A stretch of DNA of 64,000 nucleotides from a phage. The notes below the pieces were generated by a model. It did not search any database and was not told the DNA's origin. It saw nothing but the letters and a program-made list of their open reading frames with translations. A program made the position numbers and the translations under genes. The stretch lies in assembly GCA_019326865.1 (NCBI GenBank), contig GCA_019326865.1_4101.1; one strand, 5' to 3'. Each line of letters opens with the position of its first letter. Position 1 is the stretch's first letter. Below are positions 62,405-64,000 of the stretch, one piece after another.

Positions 62405-62788
62405 ATGGTTGATAAATGGAATAAGAAAGATCCATCCCATGATGTTGATATTTCTGGTCTAGATGATGCACATAAGCATAAGTATCTAGATTCACTAGGT
62501 CTTCTCAAACCGGACCAAAGTCTTGCACACGAACGCCCATCACGTGAAAAAGCATTCAGTCTAGAATCACTTGGTCATGAGCTAAATCGTGTGTTTGAAG
62601 AACACCCAATTTATGTACGTGATATTATTGAGAAACTTAAAGTAACTCCTAAAGAGCACTTTAAAGCAACTGTACATTCTGCATTCCGTGCATTGCATGA
62701 TTCTCTCAAGAAAACTCATAATCTTCGTAAAATTCATGATGAAATTGTGAATGCAATCGAAAGTGAAAAGCATAAGTTTAAGAAGTAA
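62405..62788 (+). CDS. hypothetical protein
   Basis: ORF 127 aa. Confidence 0.5.
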   Translation: MVDKWNKKDPSHDVDISGLDDAHKHKYLDSLGLLKPDQSLAHERPSREKAFSLESLGHELNRVFEEHPIYVRDIIEKLKVTPKEHFKATVHSAFRALHDSLKKTHNLRKIHDEIVNAIESEKHKFKK

Positions 62789-62795
62789 TAGAAAT

Positions 62796-62822
62796 GGGGT
62801 TGACTTCGGTCGGCCTTTTTTT
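62796..62822 (+). terminator. rho-independent terminator (GGGGTTGAC ttcg GTCGGCC + T7)
   Basis: Third copy of UUCG-loop terminator family. Confidence 0.7.
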
Positions 62823-62867
62823 ATATAGTAAATATATGAAATAACAAAGATTCAGGGATTATATTTC

Positions 62868-64000
62868 ATGGCTAGTGGGATACGATTAACACAAGAAGAA
62901 GCTGAAAAATTAGTAGCGAATAGATGTTTAGAACAAAATTATACATATAAACCTTTCACTTATATTAACACTAAAACAATATTAGAACTTAAATGTGATA
63001 ACTTTGAACATGAAGAATGGAAATGTAAATTTAGTAAATTCATTTACAAAAGAACTGGGTGTCCAGAATGTAAAGGAAGAAATTCTTTAAAAGAAAAAAC
63101 AGCAAGAACTAAAGTTCATGAAATATGTGAATTAAAAGGATATACTTATGAACCATTTGATTTTAACGGTGCTATAGGAACAAAAATAATAATTCATTGT
63201 GGAGTTGACTCCCATAAACCACATGAAACTAATTATAATTCTTTAGTTAATAAGAAAAATGGATGTATTGAGTGTGGTGGAAAGTTAAAATTAACCCAAC
63301 AACAAGCAGAATTAAATGTAATTAACATATGTAATACTACTGGATATACTTATAAACCTTTTGAATATAAAAATAATAGAACTAAAATTACATTAAAATG
63401 TTGCAATCCAGACCATGATGAATTTAGTTTAAGTTATGATAAATTTGTATATCAAGGTAATGGGTGTGTAAAATGTGGAAATCAATCCACAGCTAGAAAA
63501 CTTTGTCTTTCACAAGATGAATCAATTAAAAGGCTTAATGAAATTTGTACATCTAAAGGATATACTTATAAACCATTTATATATAAAAATGTACATACAT
63601 TAATTACATTAAAATGTTCAGAATGTGAACATCCTGAATGGACAACTCGATATCAAAATATTGTTCAAAAGCAAAGAGGTTGTCCAAGTTGTAGTCGAGG
63701 TGGATATGACCCAAGTAAACCTGGTTATTTTTATATACATCGAGTTCTAGGTAATGGTAGGATATATTATAAATTTGGTATAACAAACAATTATATATAC
63801 AGATTTGAACAATATAATAAGAACTTATTTAGAACTGAAAAATATAAAACATATTACAGTACTGATGGTATTTTAATCAAAGAACTTGAATATTTTATTA
63901 AACATATGAGTGGCATAAAAAGAAAAGTTATTGATAAAATAAATTATTTGGACGGGTATACTGAAACAATCAATGAATCAGAATATGAAAAATTAATAAA
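62868..64000 (+). CDS. protein with four tandem Cys-rich (zinc-ribbon-like) repeats and C-terminal GIY-YIG-like (T5orf172-like) segment; 3'-truncated by window edge
   Basis: ORF open to window end (not in ORF track); repeats each contain GYTY(K/E)PF ... C..(C/H) ... GC.(E/K/S)C; followed by GYFYIHRVLGNGRIYYKFGIT. Confidence 0.6.
   Translation, partial: MASGIRLTQEEAEKLVANRCLEQNYTYKPFTYINTKTILELKCDNFEHEEWKCKFSKFIYKRTGCPECKGRNSLKEKTARTKVHEICELKGYTYEPFDFNGAIGTKIIIHCGVDSHKPHETNYNSLVNKKNGCIECGGKLKLTQQQAELNVINICNTTGYTYKPFEYKNNRTKITLKCCNPDHDEFSLSYDKFVYQGNGCVKCGNQSTARKLCLSQDESIKRLNEICTSKGYTYKPFIYKNVHTLITLKCSECEHPEWTTRYQNIVQKQRGCPSCSRGGYDPSKPGYFYIHRVLGNGRIYYKFGITNNYIYRFEQYNKNLFRTEKYKTYYSTDGILIKELEYFIKHMSGIKRKVIDKINYLDGYTETINESEYEKLI
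62925..63750 (+). repeat. four tandem about 200-215 bp coding repeats inside ORF 62868-end
   Basis: GGATATACTTATAAACC(A/T)TTT recurs at about 63141, 63345, 63561 with similar downstream Cys codon spacing. Confidence 0.6.

Overview
This window reads as an early/accessory region of a T4-like (Tevenvirinae-type) phage genome, with essentially all genes on the + strand, tightly packed and often coupled by ATGA stop/start overlaps. All calls rest on motif reading by eye; no searches were run. Recognisable core genes are a fused topoisomerase II large subunit (gp39 plus gp60-like C-terminus, 872-2836), the gp52 topoisomerase subunit (2887-4299), a GroES-like co-chaperonin (7990-8316), the gp44 clamp loader (8666-9619) and a DexA-like exonuclease (14938-15627). 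There are six tRNA genes (Arg, Gly, a type II Ser-like, Met/Ile-CAU, Asn, Thr) plus one degenerate tRNA-like element, two free-standing HNH endonucleases, many sigma70-like promoters and hairpin/T-run terminators. The most notable features are: (1) a large family of about 20 small paralogous proteins (roughly 120-190 aa) sharing a C-terminal motif of the form EExFFQxSxIxD, partly in tandem arrays; (2) a C5-cytosine methyltransferase interrupted exactly at its catalytic PCQ motif by a 345-aa intein carrying LAGLIDADG motifs; (3) a full-length sigma70-family protein followed by about 480 bp of hairpin-rich non-coding DNA; (4) five copies of a 54-59 aa 'MTH-EW' mini-protein family; (5) a NADAR-like protein; (6) a 3'-truncated protein with four tandem Cys-rich repeats and a GIY-YIG-like C-terminus. 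Most other ORFs are hypothetical.
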